Positions 19,000 through 27,939 of a stretch of DNA of 64,000 bases are shown in pieces; position 1 is the first letter of the stretch; each line of letters starts with the position of its first letter. This DNA is from a virus. The notes beneath the pieces were generated by a model, which was given only the letters and a program-made list of their open reading frames with translations, was not told where the DNA came from and did no database searches. The DNA lies in the IMG/VR virus record IMGVR_UViG_3300045988_164340, positions 128,001 to 192,000 of that record; one strand, written 5' to 3'. The position numbers and the translations under genes were made by a program.

Positions 19000-19332
19000 T
19001 TAGAAATCAAGTGTGATATATTCAGAACAATGAAATGCTCTGTCAAGATTATTGCAGATAGATTTGAGAAGATTGGCTCTCTTTCTCTGTTTATCAGCAA
19101 TTTCTTCATAGAAGAGCGATTCTTCCTGTGTGCTACTACCCAATGCCCAAAGATGATTATTGCGTGCATCCAGAAGAAGCTCTTCAATTTTGTTCTGCAA
19201 TGCACGATAAACAAGAGTTGCTTCCTCAAGAGAATCAAACTCAAGGATAGCTTTCCAACTGTCATGGCTTGCTTTCTTAATCATGTGTTCGTCAATGATA
19301 TTGGTAATGGGCTTGTAAGCGATAGTGTTCAT
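19000..19332 (-). CDS. hypothetical protein
   Basis: 110-aa ORF. Confidence 0.65.
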   Translation of the reverse strand: MNTIAYKPITNIIDEHMIKKASHDSWKAILEFDSLEEATLVYRALQNKIEELLLDARNNHLWALGSSTQEESLFYEEIADKQRKRANLLKSICNNLDRAFHCSEYITLDF

Positions 19333-19388
19333 AGTTAAATTCCTTTCTTAATTAGACATGTTGTTTGTAGGTATTATGTGAGTGTGGA

Positions 19389-19814
19389 TTACGGAGTCGC
19401 AATCCACACAACAGTAATGTAATCATCAGATGTTTCCTTAGTCCCATTATTATCCATAGTGAGAATATAAGGAGCATCTTCATATACAGCCATATTGGTT
19501 TCAAGAGTATAAATACCATCGAAACCATTATCCTGAGTTACATTGAGAACTCTGAAACGATATTCCCCATGTTCCTCATCAGAATCTACAAGTTCTGCAT
19601 AAACAGGATAAGTGTTTTCTTCAAACTTTACTTCAGGAAGGTTGCTGGGAGGAACAGGAACATTAGTCTTAGCCAACTGTTCCTGCAATTCCTCTACTTG
19701 TATGAGGTAATCCTTTACAGAATCGCCCAAAGCAGAAACTCTTTCTCTGCTGTTAATGTACATAAAAGTCATGAGGATTGCGATGATAAGGACAAACAGA
19801 TTAATCTTTTTCAT
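19389..19814 (-). CDS. secreted or membrane-anchored protein
   Basis: 141 aa; signal/anchor MKKINLFVLIIAILMTFMYINS. Confidence 0.65.
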   Translation of the reverse strand: MKKINLFVLIIAILMTFMYINSRERVSALGDSVKDYLIQVEELQEQLAKTNVPVPPSNLPEVKFEENTYPVYAELVDSDEEHGEYRFRVLNVTQDNGFDGIYTLETNMAVYEDAPYILTMDNNGTKETSDDYITVVWIATP

Positions 19815-19832
19815 TTTTTATTCTCCTTTCGA

Positions 19833-20843
19833 TTAAGCTGCAATGCGATTCCAAACAGAGTTCAGAATAGGCATGGTGTTAACTGCAACAGCCGTGAATG
19901 CTCCTGTGGTGGTAGACTTGGAAGATTTACGCATCTGAGTAGGATGACTTTCAAAGTCAGAGATAGCGTTCAAAGCCTTCCAAGCCGTGTCATTGAAGTT
20001 CTGAAGGTCATCCTGATTGTAAGCCGTCATAAGCTTTTCAATCATAGCCAGATTACGAATCTGGAGAATCTCAGAATCCTCAGTTTTGACAGGGAAGAGT
20101 TCACGAGCAAGAGCTTCGAATGCTTCCTTGGAGTAAGGAGTAACTGCAAGCTTTTCAGCTTCAACCTTAAGACGCTCAAGATAGTTGGTATTCTGAAGCA
20201 AGATAGTCTTAGCCTGTTCCAGCTTAGCCTGCATGGAATTGCTGTGACGAATACTGACACGATTCTCAGCTCCTCTGGTTGCACGAGCGATGCAATTGGA
20301 GCAGAAGATACGGATACTGATGAACATCGCCTGAATTGCCTTAGAACCATCATGGCTATTAAGGAACATCATGGTAGGCAAGAATTCATCATCCAGAATC
20401 TTCATAGGTTCGGTAGACATGGTGATGAAACTCTTAGCTCCATTAGGTCCATAGCTACCAGCAGTTTCAAATTTAGCACCTCCCAGAGCAAGAGAGTCAA
20501 GGAAGTCAAAAGCCTCACGATTCTGAAGAATGTTGTAATTCTTACCGACAATACCCAAAGGAGCATTAGTGTCAGTACGAATGGTTGCAAACTGGTCAGG
20601 GATGATAAAAGGAGTATCAACCAGAATCTTCTGACCATTCCATTCCTGCTCAACCTTATTTACGAACTGGACAGGACGCTTTTCAACGGAGTAATCCAGA
20701 CCACTGAGCTTGAGAGCGGATTCAAGAGAGTGGACATTCTCAAGAGTGATGCCCATATCTTCGTAGTACTTTTTACGAGGAGTATTCTCAACAGCTTCCA
20801 TAACAGCGTTGACTTTCTTAGTATCATAAGCAGCGATTCCCAT
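19833..20843 (-). CDS. DUF932 (phage/plasmid-like) protein
   Basis: 336 aa; ATIRTDTNAPLGIVGKNYNILQNREAFDFLD matches the DUF932/TIGR03299 core. Confidence 0.8.
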   Translation of the reverse strand: MGIAAYDTKKVNAVMEAVENTPRKKYYEDMGITLENVHSLESALKLSGLDYSVEKRPVQFVNKVEQEWNGQKILVDTPFIIPDQFATIRTDTNAPLGIVGKNYNILQNREAFDFLDSLALGGAKFETAGSYGPNGAKSFITMSTEPMKILDDEFLPTMMFLNSHDGSKAIQAMFISIRIFCSNCIARATRGAENRVSIRHSNSMQAKLEQAKTILLQNTNYLERLKVEAEKLAVTPYSKEAFEALARELFPVKTEDSEILQIRNLAMIEKLMTAYNQDDLQNFNDTAWKALNAISDFESHPTQMRKSSKSTTTGAFTAVAVNTMPILNSVWNRIAA

Positions 20844-20920
20844 AAGATTTCCTTTCCGAGCTTTAAGCTCTAAACAAAAAAGTTTTTGATATAATGTGTT
20901 GTTTGATTTAAGATGAGATT

Positions 20921-20949
20921 ATTATAAATCTCAAATCCGCAAATGTCAA
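20921..20949 (-). promoter_or_regulatory. sigmaA-type promoter for the DUF932 gene
   Basis: - sense TTGACA (20949-20944), 17 nt, TATAAT (20926-20921); TTTAAATAC upstream. Confidence 0.6.
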
Positions 20950-20976
20950 GTATTTAAACCAAATAAAGTAAATTAT

Positions 20977-21141
20977 TTAGTAAGAATACTTCCAAAGTAA
21001 TGCAAAGAGTTCTTGCGTAAGTTTTTTGGCTTTATCACGGTCTGTTTTAAGCATACAGGTATCTGAACCAATATCCTCTTTTAACTTAGTGAGGATGTCA
21101 AGATAGCTGAGGTCAGTTTCGACGGTGGTTTTAATTTTCAT
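20977..21141 (-). CDS. hypothetical 54-aa protein
   Basis: MKIKTTVETDLSYLDILTKLKED...; SD GAAAGGAAAC. Confidence 0.5.
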   Translation of the reverse strand: MKIKTTVETDLSYLDILTKLKEDIGSDTCMLKTDRDKAKKLTQELFALLWKYSY

Positions 21142-21169
21142 TTTGTTTCCTTTCTGTACTAAAAAGTAC

Positions 21170-21198
21170 TTGACAAGATTTATGTTGTGTATTAATAT
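21170..21198 (+). promoter_or_regulatory. antisense-oriented sigmaA-type promoter (cassette B)
   Basis: TTGACA, 17 nt, TAATAT. Confidence 0.65.
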
Positions 21199-21267
21199 AT
21201 GTATAGATGATAAGAAGAATCCTATACTTCTTACTTACCATCTATACATCTTCGTAATTAACGGCTA

Positions 21268-21339
21268 TTAATTACGGTTATAGATTATCATAATCTACGA
21301 GAGATTATAATAGTAACTTACAAAGAAGATTCTCTACAT
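21268..21339 (-). CDS. micro-ORF B2: M(TAG)RIFFVSYYYNLS(TAG)IMIIYNRN
   Basis: AAAGGAG SD 9 nt upstream; C-terminus IIYNRN shared with C and D. Confidence 0.5.
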
Positions 21340-21458
21340 GGCTTTCAACTCCTTTCCTCCTTAGACAAGGGGCAATTATATAACAGTTTATAGGAACTGG
21401 TTATATCGAGCTAAAGAGAATTGCCTATACAATCCTCTTTAGGAATTAATTTAAGTTA

Positions 21459-21539
21459 TTAAAGTTCGTACATCCGGCCAAGAATGATAGAACAATAATA
21501 AACATTAAACTAATAGTTTATTTGTTTGATTGTCTACAT
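21459..21539 (-). CDS. micro-ORF B1: M(TAG)TIKQINY(TAG)FNVYYCSIILGRMYEL
   Basis: AAAGGAG SD 7 nt upstream; aligns with micro-ORF A. Confidence 0.55.
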
Positions 21540-21615
21540 AGACATTCTCCTTTCCATTTAGCGTTAATATATAAACAGTTTATAGGAACTGAATATATCA
21601 AAATAGAGCAGGATT

Positions 21616-21795
21616 TTATTCCTGCTCTTTTTGTATTGTGTACAAATACTGCTTTCGCTTTTCTTTGTACTGTTTGTTAATTTTGTACCGATAACTGCCA
21701 TGAGTCTTACGCTGAATTCCTTCACAGCGGTCATAGTACATACCATCGTACTGGGGATACTCTGTGATAGCATTGTTAGGTGTACGTTTAGACAT
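21616..21795 (-). CDS. small basic protein
   Basis: start moved to ATG 21795 overlapping the upstream stop (ATGTCTAA); MSKRTPNNAITEYPQYDG... Confidence 0.5.
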   Translation of the reverse strand: MSKRTPNNAITEYPQYDGMYYDRCEGIQRKTHGSYRYKINKQYKEKRKQYLYTIQKEQE

Positions 21796-24115
21796 AACTT
21801 TTACCCTCCAAACCATATTCTTTAGCATCAAGTTTACTGCTACTTGCGCTATAACCTTGACCTTTGTTGAGCACAATGTTTACAGGACATTTAATTCCCT
21901 TTTCATGAATCCAGTTAATTACAAACTTAACTGCATCAGGTTCATTTCCAAGCCAACGGTTGTAAAGGCCGTGAATTTGAATGATTTCATTGTGGTTGTT
22001 AACCTCAATCGTGAAGAAAGGAATATCAATTTCTTCATTCTTTCTTAAGAACAGAATGTTTGTTCTACCTTCTGCAACACGACTGATATAACCACCAACA
22101 CAATGATGAAGATATACACCTTCCTTTGTAATCTTGTTCATCTCTTTAGGAACAACAATGGAGAAATTATCATCGGCATACTCAAATTTTTCTTTGCGTT
22201 GGTCATAAAGTTTAGCTGCTAACTTGTTTAATCTTTCCTGCTCTTCTTTGTTTCTTGCTTCTTTGTCTGTAATGTTGATTTCAATCAGCATGTTATGATA
22301 ACGATGAAGCTCATTCACATCTTTACATGTGTATAAATCAATATCAGGACGGTTGGTGTTTGAGATTTGTTTGAACAAATTTAAGGTATCAGAAAAGATT
22401 TTAAATACATCCTCGTCAAGACCTTTCTTATCAGTTTTTTCTTGAAGACGTATAAGCTTGAGAAGATTCTTTCTATCCTTTTCATTTTGTTCAGGAGTTA
22501 ATGGTTTAATTCTTCTTTCTTTGTTCATACAACGCCAACCATTCTTAATTCTATAATAAGTGTACACACTGTTGTTTGCTTCAACAAAATGCAAAAACTC
22601 ACGATAGTCAGAACGAACATTATTCATTCTTTTTGCCATGCTAAAGTAAAAGTCGGAATCTTTGTCAGTAATAGAAGAAAGATTTTTAACGCCAGCAACA
22701 AATTGAACGGTTTCAATTACACATCGAGGAGTATAGGTCAGACCGCCGTAAATATAAGTCGGACTATTAGGGTTCTTTTTCTTTTCCTCAAACATCTTAT
22801 CTACTAATTTAAGCTGGTACTTATTCATGCCACTAAGCTCGTAAATGCTTGCAGATTTGGAATACTTTTTATATCCAAAAAGATGTTCAACATCAGATTT
22901 TGCAGATACACTCATGAGATAATTGGCGATGTATTTATATCCAGCTTTATAAAATTGTTCGATAGTAGGACATCTAAGAGTGTAAATAATCCTAAGAATT
23001 AAGGAATTTGTTTTAGTCATAATGTCACTATCATTGATGATAGAAGAGATATAAAACAATCTCTTAAACTTAAACATATCCTCAAAACCTCTGAAGAAAC
23101 AGACGTTATCAGCAGGAATTCCAATATCAGAAGAACTGGACACTCTAAATACAACATTTCCATTAAGAATTGTATTGGGTTTGAAGATTGTTACTTTTCC
23201 TTTGTTATCAATAAGAATACGTGACTGTTCTTCAAACTCGAAATACCCACCGAACTGACGAATGACACAATAATTATCATTTAAGATATTAAATGTCCAA
23301 ATTATATCTTTGTATTCAGTGTGATATTCATTGTTCCAAGAGTTCTTAACATCAATGGCTTTCTTGGGATATAACTGACGAAGCTCATTTAAATTAACAG
23401 TTGGCAAGCTATTAACGATTTCAGAAATATCCGCTGAAGATTTAGAACTGGTACGAGGATACATTACTTTATAGTAATCAGCAAATGTGTAAGGAGTCCA
23501 TTGCGTCCACTTGATTCTTGGATTACATCCTTTTCTAGTAAATTCTTCAATTGCTTGAGAAAAGTAGAAATGGAAAACAGCCTTGTACAAATCATGCTGG
23601 AGAAAATTAACAAATCCTAAACTATAGAACTTGCCTCCTTTAGATTTAAACGCAATGTCTCCATTGACATCAAATGGAGCAGGGCAGTTTCTGAAAAGGA
23701 AATAACGCTCCATAAAATAGTAGTTTCTTTTCTCTTCAGGAATCTTTCTGGTGTTGATTGTCATTATTCCAAATACAAGCATTTCAAATTCAGGGTAATA
23801 TTTGGCATAAGCAACTTTTGCATTTTTACCAGAACCAACAACGATTGTGTGAGATTGAATATTACTCACATTGAAATGGTCAGCTACCTTTTTACGATAC
23901 TGCGCAATAGTATCGTTAGGTTGAATAATTTCATACTCACCTCTCAGCAAGTGGAAAGCTTTACCATTTGCTTTCTGTTGCCAATATACAGTGATATCAG
24001 GGCAACTATTAGGATTGGGATTAATACTCTCTTTAGTTGAGAGGAACTTTTTCACAGTAGCTCTGTTCTTTTCAATGACTTCGTTAGGAATGTTATCAAT
24101 ATAAGTGGTGTTCAT
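21788..24115 (-). CDS. large PcfJ-like protein
   Basis: 775 aa; KEGVYLHHCVGGYISRVAEGRTNILFLRK core near the C-terminus. Confidence 0.75.
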   Translation of the reverse strand: MNTTYIDNIPNEVIEKNRATVKKFLSTKESINPNPNSCPDITVYWQQKANGKAFHLLRGEYEIIQPNDTIAQYRKKVADHFNVSNIQSHTIVVGSGKNAKVAYAKYYPEFEMLVFGIMTINTRKIPEEKRNYYFMERYFLFRNCPAPFDVNGDIAFKSKGGKFYSLGFVNFLQHDLYKAVFHFYFSQAIEEFTRKGCNPRIKWTQWTPYTFADYYKVMYPRTSSKSSADISEIVNSLPTVNLNELRQLYPKKAIDVKNSWNNEYHTEYKDIIWTFNILNDNYCVIRQFGGYFEFEEQSRILIDNKGKVTIFKPNTILNGNVVFRVSSSSDIGIPADNVCFFRGFEDMFKFKRLFYISSIINDSDIMTKTNSLILRIIYTLRCPTIEQFYKAGYKYIANYLMSVSAKSDVEHLFGYKKYSKSASIYELSGMNKYQLKLVDKMFEEKKKNPNSPTYIYGGLTYTPRCVIETVQFVAGVKNLSSITDKDSDFYFSMAKRMNNVRSDYREFLHFVEANNSVYTYYRIKNGWRCMNKERRIKPLTPEQNEKDRKNLLKLIRLQEKTDKKGLDEDVFKIFSDTLNLFKQISNTNRPDIDLYTCKDVNELHRYHNMLIEINITDKEARNKEEQERLNKLAAKLYDQRKEKFEYADDNFSIVVPKEMNKITKEGVYLHHCVGGYISRVAEGRTNILFLRKNEEIDIPFFTIEVNNHNEIIQIHGLYNRWLGNEPDAVKFVINWIHEKGIKCPVNIVLNKGQGYSASSSKLDAKEYGLEGKSYV

Positions 24116-24164
24116 TTTTCTGAATTTCCTTTCATTTTAAAATTGATTGATTGTGTTAGCTGAG

Positions 24165-24506
24165 TTATTCTTCATCTTTCCATTTGTCGTATTCAGGCAT
24201 AGGTTCAACTCCTTCCATTTCTTTTGTTTCTGGATTCCAATAAATTCTTTTGCCACACACGCGGGGAGAATAAAAATTGTTACGCCACTCCTTAGTTGCT
24301 TTGTGTTCTGCTCCCATTTTTACAATTAAAACAGGCAAAACAATAAAAATTAATGTGAACAAATCTATAACAATAATAGCGATTACTGGTGCAAAAACAA
24401 TGATTGGTGGAATATTATAACCACCAATGTATTTGATTATACACATAATAACTGTAGCTACACCAAGGATGTAATTAAAAATAGCTCTGATATTATTGTT
24501 ATTCAT
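24165..24506 (-). CDS. membrane protein
   Basis: start moved to ATG 24506 (MNNNNIRAIF); three TM-like segments. Confidence 0.65.
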   Translation of the reverse strand: MNNNNIRAIFNYILGVATVIMCIIKYIGGYNIPPIIVFAPVIAIIVIDLFTLIFIVLPVLIVKMGAEHKATKEWRNNFYSPRVCGKRIYWNPETKEMEGVEPMPEYDKWKDEE

Positions 24507-24530
24507 TTCTAAATTTCCTTTCTTTAAGGT

Positions 24531-24556
24531 GGAGAGGGTATATTTCAACCCTCTCC
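24531..24556 (-). promoter_or_regulatory. intergenic hairpin with loop UGAAAUAU
   Basis: GGAGAGGGT / ACCCTCTCC stem, + loop ATATTTCA. Confidence 0.6.
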
Positions 24557-24603
24557 TATTTTGTTGTTAATTTGATGAGAATTTATGAATAATTGGTTAA
24601 AGA

Positions 24604-25122
24604 TTACTCCCAATCTTCCTCACAATCCTCATCCTCATCTTCATCTTCGTAGTCATTGTACTTACCCGCCAAGTCATCACGAAGAGCATTGACTGCACGA
24701 GCTTCAAGGAGAGCCTTAAGAGCCCGTTCATCCAGTTCACAATCAATGTCACGAGTGTTGCAGATTTCCTCACCAGCCTCATCAAACAAAGCCTTCTTCT
24801 CATAGCTAAGAACGCAAGGATAAGTGATACCATCAACCTTGACTTCGAGGACTTCATCAGGGTTGATTTCCTTCTCATTCATGGAAGACTCAAACTGAAC
24901 CTGAGCCATAACCTCCATAACGAGAGCCATGCCAGTTTTGTTACTGTTATCCACAATGCGCTGAATAACAGCAAGACCAGCTTCACGGTCGCGGTCATTG
25001 ACAGAACCCATGACACCCACTCGAATATTATCAATGTACAGATACTCAAGATTAGTGTCGTTTTCCTTCATAATCTGAACGCGATTGAGGGACTTCTTGG
25101 TGTTGATGTTGATGTTAGCCAT
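24604..25122 (-). CDS. protein with poly-acidic tail
   Basis: start moved to ATG 25122 (MANININTKK, GGAAAGGAG SD); ends YEDEDEDEDCEEDWE. Confidence 0.65.
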   Translation of the reverse strand: MANININTKKSLNRVQIMKENDTNLEYLYIDNIRVGVMGSVNDRDREAGLAVIQRIVDNSNKTGMALVMEVMAQVQFESSMNEKEINPDEVLEVKVDGITYPCVLSYEKKALFDEAGEEICNTRDIDCELDERALKALLEARAVNALRDDLAGKYNDYEDEDEDEDCEEDWE

Positions 25123-25190
25123 AGTTTGGCTCCTTTCCGTTTTAACGTCTTGAACGTGACGTAAATTTATTGAGCTTAAAGGCTCATTGA

Positions 25191-25218
25191 AGTGCAGGAT
25201 ATATTTCAATCCTGCACT
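25191..25218 (-). promoter_or_regulatory. intergenic hairpin with loop UGAAAUAU
   Basis: AGTGCAGGAT / ATCCTGCACT stem, + loop ATATTTCA. Confidence 0.6.
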
Positions 25219-25228
25219 CTATCAACCT

Positions 25229-25435
25229 TTACGGCTTTTCAATCAGGTCTTTTATTTGAGCTCTTAAACAAATTAGAGTGCCGATTCTTGTGCAACAATA
25301 ACTAATATCTGCATTGTTACCTTGGGACTTAGCTTCTTTTGCATTTTCAATTTCAATGTCCGTTGCTTGTAACAGTTCATATGCTGCTTGCTTGAGGAAA
25401 TAGTCTGCTCTACCCTGATGGGTTTTGTTATTCAT
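25229..25435 (-). CDS. small helical protein, tandem paralog
   Basis: 68 aa; ISYCCTRIGTLICLRAQIKDLIEK aligns with ISHCCTEIGLLVTLKIQARDLIDK. Confidence 0.6.
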   Translation of the reverse strand: MNNKTHQGRADYFLKQAAYELLQATDIEIENAKEAKSQGNNADISYCCTRIGTLICLRAQIKDLIEKP

Positions 25436-25450
25436 GTTAATTGTCCTCCT

Positions 25451-25630
25451 TTACAGCTTATCAATCAAGTCTCTAGCCTGAATTTTAAGAGTCACTAGGA
25501 GGCCAATTTCAGTGCAACAATGAGAAATATCAAAGTTATCCCTTAGCTCCTTGATACGCTCAATTTCAGCATCAATTGCCTGTTGAAGAAGGTATTCCGT
25601 TCTGCGCTGGAGGTAAAGTTTGTTGTCCAT
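25451..25630 (-). CDS. small helical protein, tandem paralog
   Basis: start moved to ATG 25630 (MDNKLYLQRR). Confidence 0.6.
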   Translation of the reverse strand: MDNKLYLQRRTEYLLQQAIDAEIERIKELRDNFDISHCCTEIGLLVTLKIQARDLIDKL

Positions 25631-25677
25631 AATATTACATTTCCTTTCTTTATTGAGATACAAGATATATTTTAACC

Positions 25678-26004
25678 TTAGAAGTTAACAGCAGGGAAAG
25701 TGAGCAGAAACATATTCCAACAATCCCAATTCTTATCAAGTTCTTTCAAGAGATACGAAGGAGAAATTCTCCAATCAGGATATGAAGGAATACCTTTATC
25801 TTCCAATTGGTCAACAAGTTTAATCCTGTTAAGAGTAAGAAATTCTTTTAACTTTTTCCTGTCGATTTTGTTGAATCCATCTTTTTGAATACATACAGCC
25901 CACATAATATTTTCCAAAACTGTTTTGTCATTAGAAGAATAAACAGGGTAGAAATTGACCCCATCATGGGCAATGAGGACATAATTGTAAGTCCGATTAA
26001 TCAT
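25678..26004 (-). CDS. hypothetical protein
   Basis: 108-aa ORF. Confidence 0.65.
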   Translation of the reverse strand: MINRTYNYVLIAHDGVNFYPVYSSNDKTVLENIMWAVCIQKDGFNKIDRKKLKEFLTLNRIKLVDQLEDKGIPSYPDWRISPSYLLKELDKNWDCWNMFLLTFPAVNF

Positions 26005-26006
26005 GA

Positions 26007-26165
26007 TTAAAAATCCTCCTCTTCCTGAGCAACATCAGCTTCAAAGTCATCAGACCAAGTAATATCTTCTTTGCCATAGTCCTTGACCTTAGCAAGAGCC
26101 TCAGATTCAGAATTAGCTTCAACTTCAACGGAGCCATAACGAATGAACAGAACATTGTATTTCAT
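26007..26165 (-). CDS. small acidic 52-aa protein
   Basis: MKYNVLFIRYGSVEVEANSE...QEEEDF; SD GAAAGGAAAG. Confidence 0.5.
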   Translation of the reverse strand: MKYNVLFIRYGSVEVEANSESEALAKVKDYGKEDITWSDDFEADVAQEEEDF

Positions 26166-26223
26166 ATTATACTTTCCTTTCTTAATGGTGTCAAGTATTT
26201 AAAAAGAAATTTTTACAAACTAC

Positions 26224-26252
26224 TTGACAAGTGTTATCATTTGTGTTATATT
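26224..26252 (+). promoter_or_regulatory. antisense-oriented sigmaA-type promoter (cassette C)
   Basis: TTGACA, 17 nt, TATATT with TGt. Confidence 0.7.
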
Positions 26253-26258
26253 ACACTC

Positions 26259-26489
26259 ATCAAGCAAAGTAGCCTGTAACTTTTACTTGATGAGTGTTGT
26301 TGATTATCATCTTTGGTTAGTTACGATGATAAATGATACGAATAATTGAGATTTGTCTATCCATATCAACATGTAAAATTTTCTACATATTAATTTCTCC
26401 TTTCGTGAGTAGTTATGTAAACAGACTTTACAGGAGTCTGGAGTCTTAAGTAAGACTGGTAGTTGGTAGCTACCAGTCTTTTCTCTTTT
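26259..26489 (+). ncRNA. predicted ~230-nt antisense RNA C
   Basis: 12-bp 5' stem-loop; ends at AAGACTGGTA/TACCAGTCTT plus TTCTCTTTT. Confidence 0.4.
26317..26388 (-). CDS. micro-ORF C: M(TAG)KILHVDMDRQISIIRIIYHRN
   Basis: AAAGGAG SD 8 nt upstream. Confidence 0.5.
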
Positions 26490-27420
26490 ACTTCTTGTAA
26501 ACCATGTAGGTAAGAAGATAATCACGAATCTTTTCAGCAGGATGACCTTCGTGTTCTTCAATCTTGTCCTGAGCAACACGAACAAACTCATCACAGCTCT
26601 TGTACTGCTTAAGATTCAACAGAAAATAGTTGAATGCCTTGGTATCTTCACAGTGCTTGTAGCAAGCAGAAATTCCTGCTAACATGCGCTGAGTATAAAC
26701 CATATCATCCTTCCAACCAGTCCCCTGAAGAACAGCGAACACAAAACGAAGAGCGTTTTCACCGTCACGTTTAACAATACGATACAGCTCTTCAACTGCA
26801 TTGATGTTATTATAACGATTGATGGTGCTATTGCGATTGGTCTTAACAGTCAGACCAAATTCCTTTGTGACCTGATTGATAATCACTGCTGTGGGCTTCT
26901 TGGCGCAAAGTTCAGCTTTATATCTTTCGTAGCCACGAAGATTAGTTTTACCTTCATTCTGGCTAGCAAACAAATCTGCTTCTTCTTCCAGAGTAAGGTT
27001 GATAAATACTTTGCAAGTGATAGCATAGATGGGGAAGCCTTTACTCTGCATATAAAGCAGAGCACTCAAGGTATGAGCACCATCCATCAAGAAGAGATGC
27101 CAAGTATTACCAACCTTGCGAATAGAAGCTGCTTTAATTTCAACCTTGTTGATATTGAAGTTATTGGTAATTTTAGCTACTTCATAGTTTTTGGGTTCGC
27201 GCTGATAGTGCAAGTCGATTTCAGGCATAAAAAGAGGAATGTCTCTAATTGCCCAGTTACGACCATCCTCTCTCTTTTCAATCTCCCTTTCCACAGAGAG
27301 CTTGAAGGCATAAACGGACTTGGACTGCTCGTTAGTGATTGCCTTGGGCTTAAGTGCATCGAGCAGGACTTCGCTGACGGACTTTTCGTTCTTAATGTTG
27401 GTGAGATTAATCTTCTTCAT
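26488..27420 (-). CDS. ParB/Srx-fold (DGQHR-like) domain protein
   Basis: 310 aa; WHLFLMDGAHTLSAL resembles the DGQHR/ParB-N motif. Confidence 0.55.
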   Translation of the reverse strand: MKKINLTNIKNEKSVSEVLLDALKPKAITNEQSKSVYAFKLSVEREIEKREDGRNWAIRDIPLFMPEIDLHYQREPKNYEVAKITNNFNINKVEIKAASIRKVGNTWHLFLMDGAHTLSALLYMQSKGFPIYAITCKVFINLTLEEEADLFASQNEGKTNLRGYERYKAELCAKKPTAVIINQVTKEFGLTVKTNRNSTINRYNNINAVEELYRIVKRDGENALRFVFAVLQGTGWKDDMVYTQRMLAGISACYKHCEDTKAFNYFLLNLKQYKSCDEFVRVAQDKIEEHEGHPAEKIRDYLLTYMVYKK

Positions 27421-27465
27421 AATTCTAAATTCCTTTCATAACTCAAAAAAGTTTGTAATTATTAC

Positions 27466-27494
27466 TTGACAGATATTATCAAGTGTGCTAAGAT
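27466..27494 (+). promoter_or_regulatory. antisense-oriented sigmaA-type promoter (cassette D)
   Basis: TTGACA, 17 nt, TAAGAT. Confidence 0.6.
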
Positions 27495-27545
27495 AAACAC
27501 AAGTAGAAAGCCTACACTCTCTACTTGTGACGCAATTAAGTGGGA

Positions 27546-27617
27546 TTAATTACGATTGTAAATGATAAAGACTATTATTATGGACCAATAATAGTCAACT
27601 GCTAAGATTTTCTACAT
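27546..27617 (-). CDS. micro-ORF D: M(TAG)KILAVDYYWSIIIVFIIYNRN
   Basis: AAAGGAG SD 7 nt upstream. Confidence 0.5.
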
Positions 27618-27744
27618 AGCAAAGCTCCTTTCTAATTTAATAATACATTAATTCATTGTAGGCTGAATTAATGTGCGAGTGAATAAGTTGGGCTTAAACA
27701 CTCTATTGAGGGATGGAAGTTATTTTCCATCCCTCTAACAATGT

Positions 27745-27939
27745 TTAAACTTTTTCAACTTTGTATGGCCTGCAAGTAACAATATCGAAATTGTTTACAA
27801 GCCATTCAGGTTTGGTTTTTTTAGTATTGAGGAATTTGCAAACAATGTTTGCAAGCACTTCACTGTTAAATACAGTTTTTTCCTTCATACTCATTGTGAC
27901 TGTTACGGATTTTCCGTATTTGTTTACAATCTTAAACAT
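27745..27939 (-). CDS. hypothetical 64-aa protein
   Basis: start moved to ATG 27939 overlapping the upstream stop (ATGTTTAA). Confidence 0.55.
   Translation of the reverse strand: MFKIVNKYGKSVTVTMSMKEKTVFNSEVLANIVCKFLNTKKTKPEWLVNNFDIVTCRPYKVEKV

Larger units (their letters stand above)
21170..21633. repeat. intergenic cassette B (double)
   Basis: + promoter 21170-21198; hairpin 21201-21247; micro-ORF B2 21268-21339; hairpins 21384-21399 and 21411-21442; micro-ORF B1 21459-21539; hairpin 21576-21591; + terminator 21605-21633. Confidence 0.7.
21205..21633 (+). ncRNA. predicted ~430-nt antisense RNA B
   Basis: 5' stem-loop; ends at AGAGCAGG/CCTGCTCT plus TTTTTG. Confidence 0.35.
26224..26489. 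repeat. intergenic cassette C
   Basis: + promoter 26224-26252; hairpin 26253-26297; micro-ORF 26317-26388; hairpin 26422-26440; + terminator 26452-26489. Confidence 0.7.
27466..27747. repeat. intergenic cassette D
   Basis: + promoter 27466-27494; hairpin 27498-27529; micro-ORF 27546-27617; hairpin 27645-27674; bipartite element 27694-27747. Confidence 0.7.

Noticed and set aside
19569-20873. 434-aa + strand ORF, the longest unannotated ORF in the track
   Set aside because: It lies exactly antisense to the well-supported DUF932 gene (19833..20843). It has no SD and a low-complexity Ser/Leu/Arg-rich translation. It is a shadow ORF.
26166-26193. - strand TTGACA-17-TATAAT match (shares TTTAAATACTTGACA with the 20921-20949 promoter)
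   Set aside because: Its -10 box directly abuts the ATG of 26007..26165, so transcripts would start inside that ORF. It is possibly real for downstream genes, but I did not call it.
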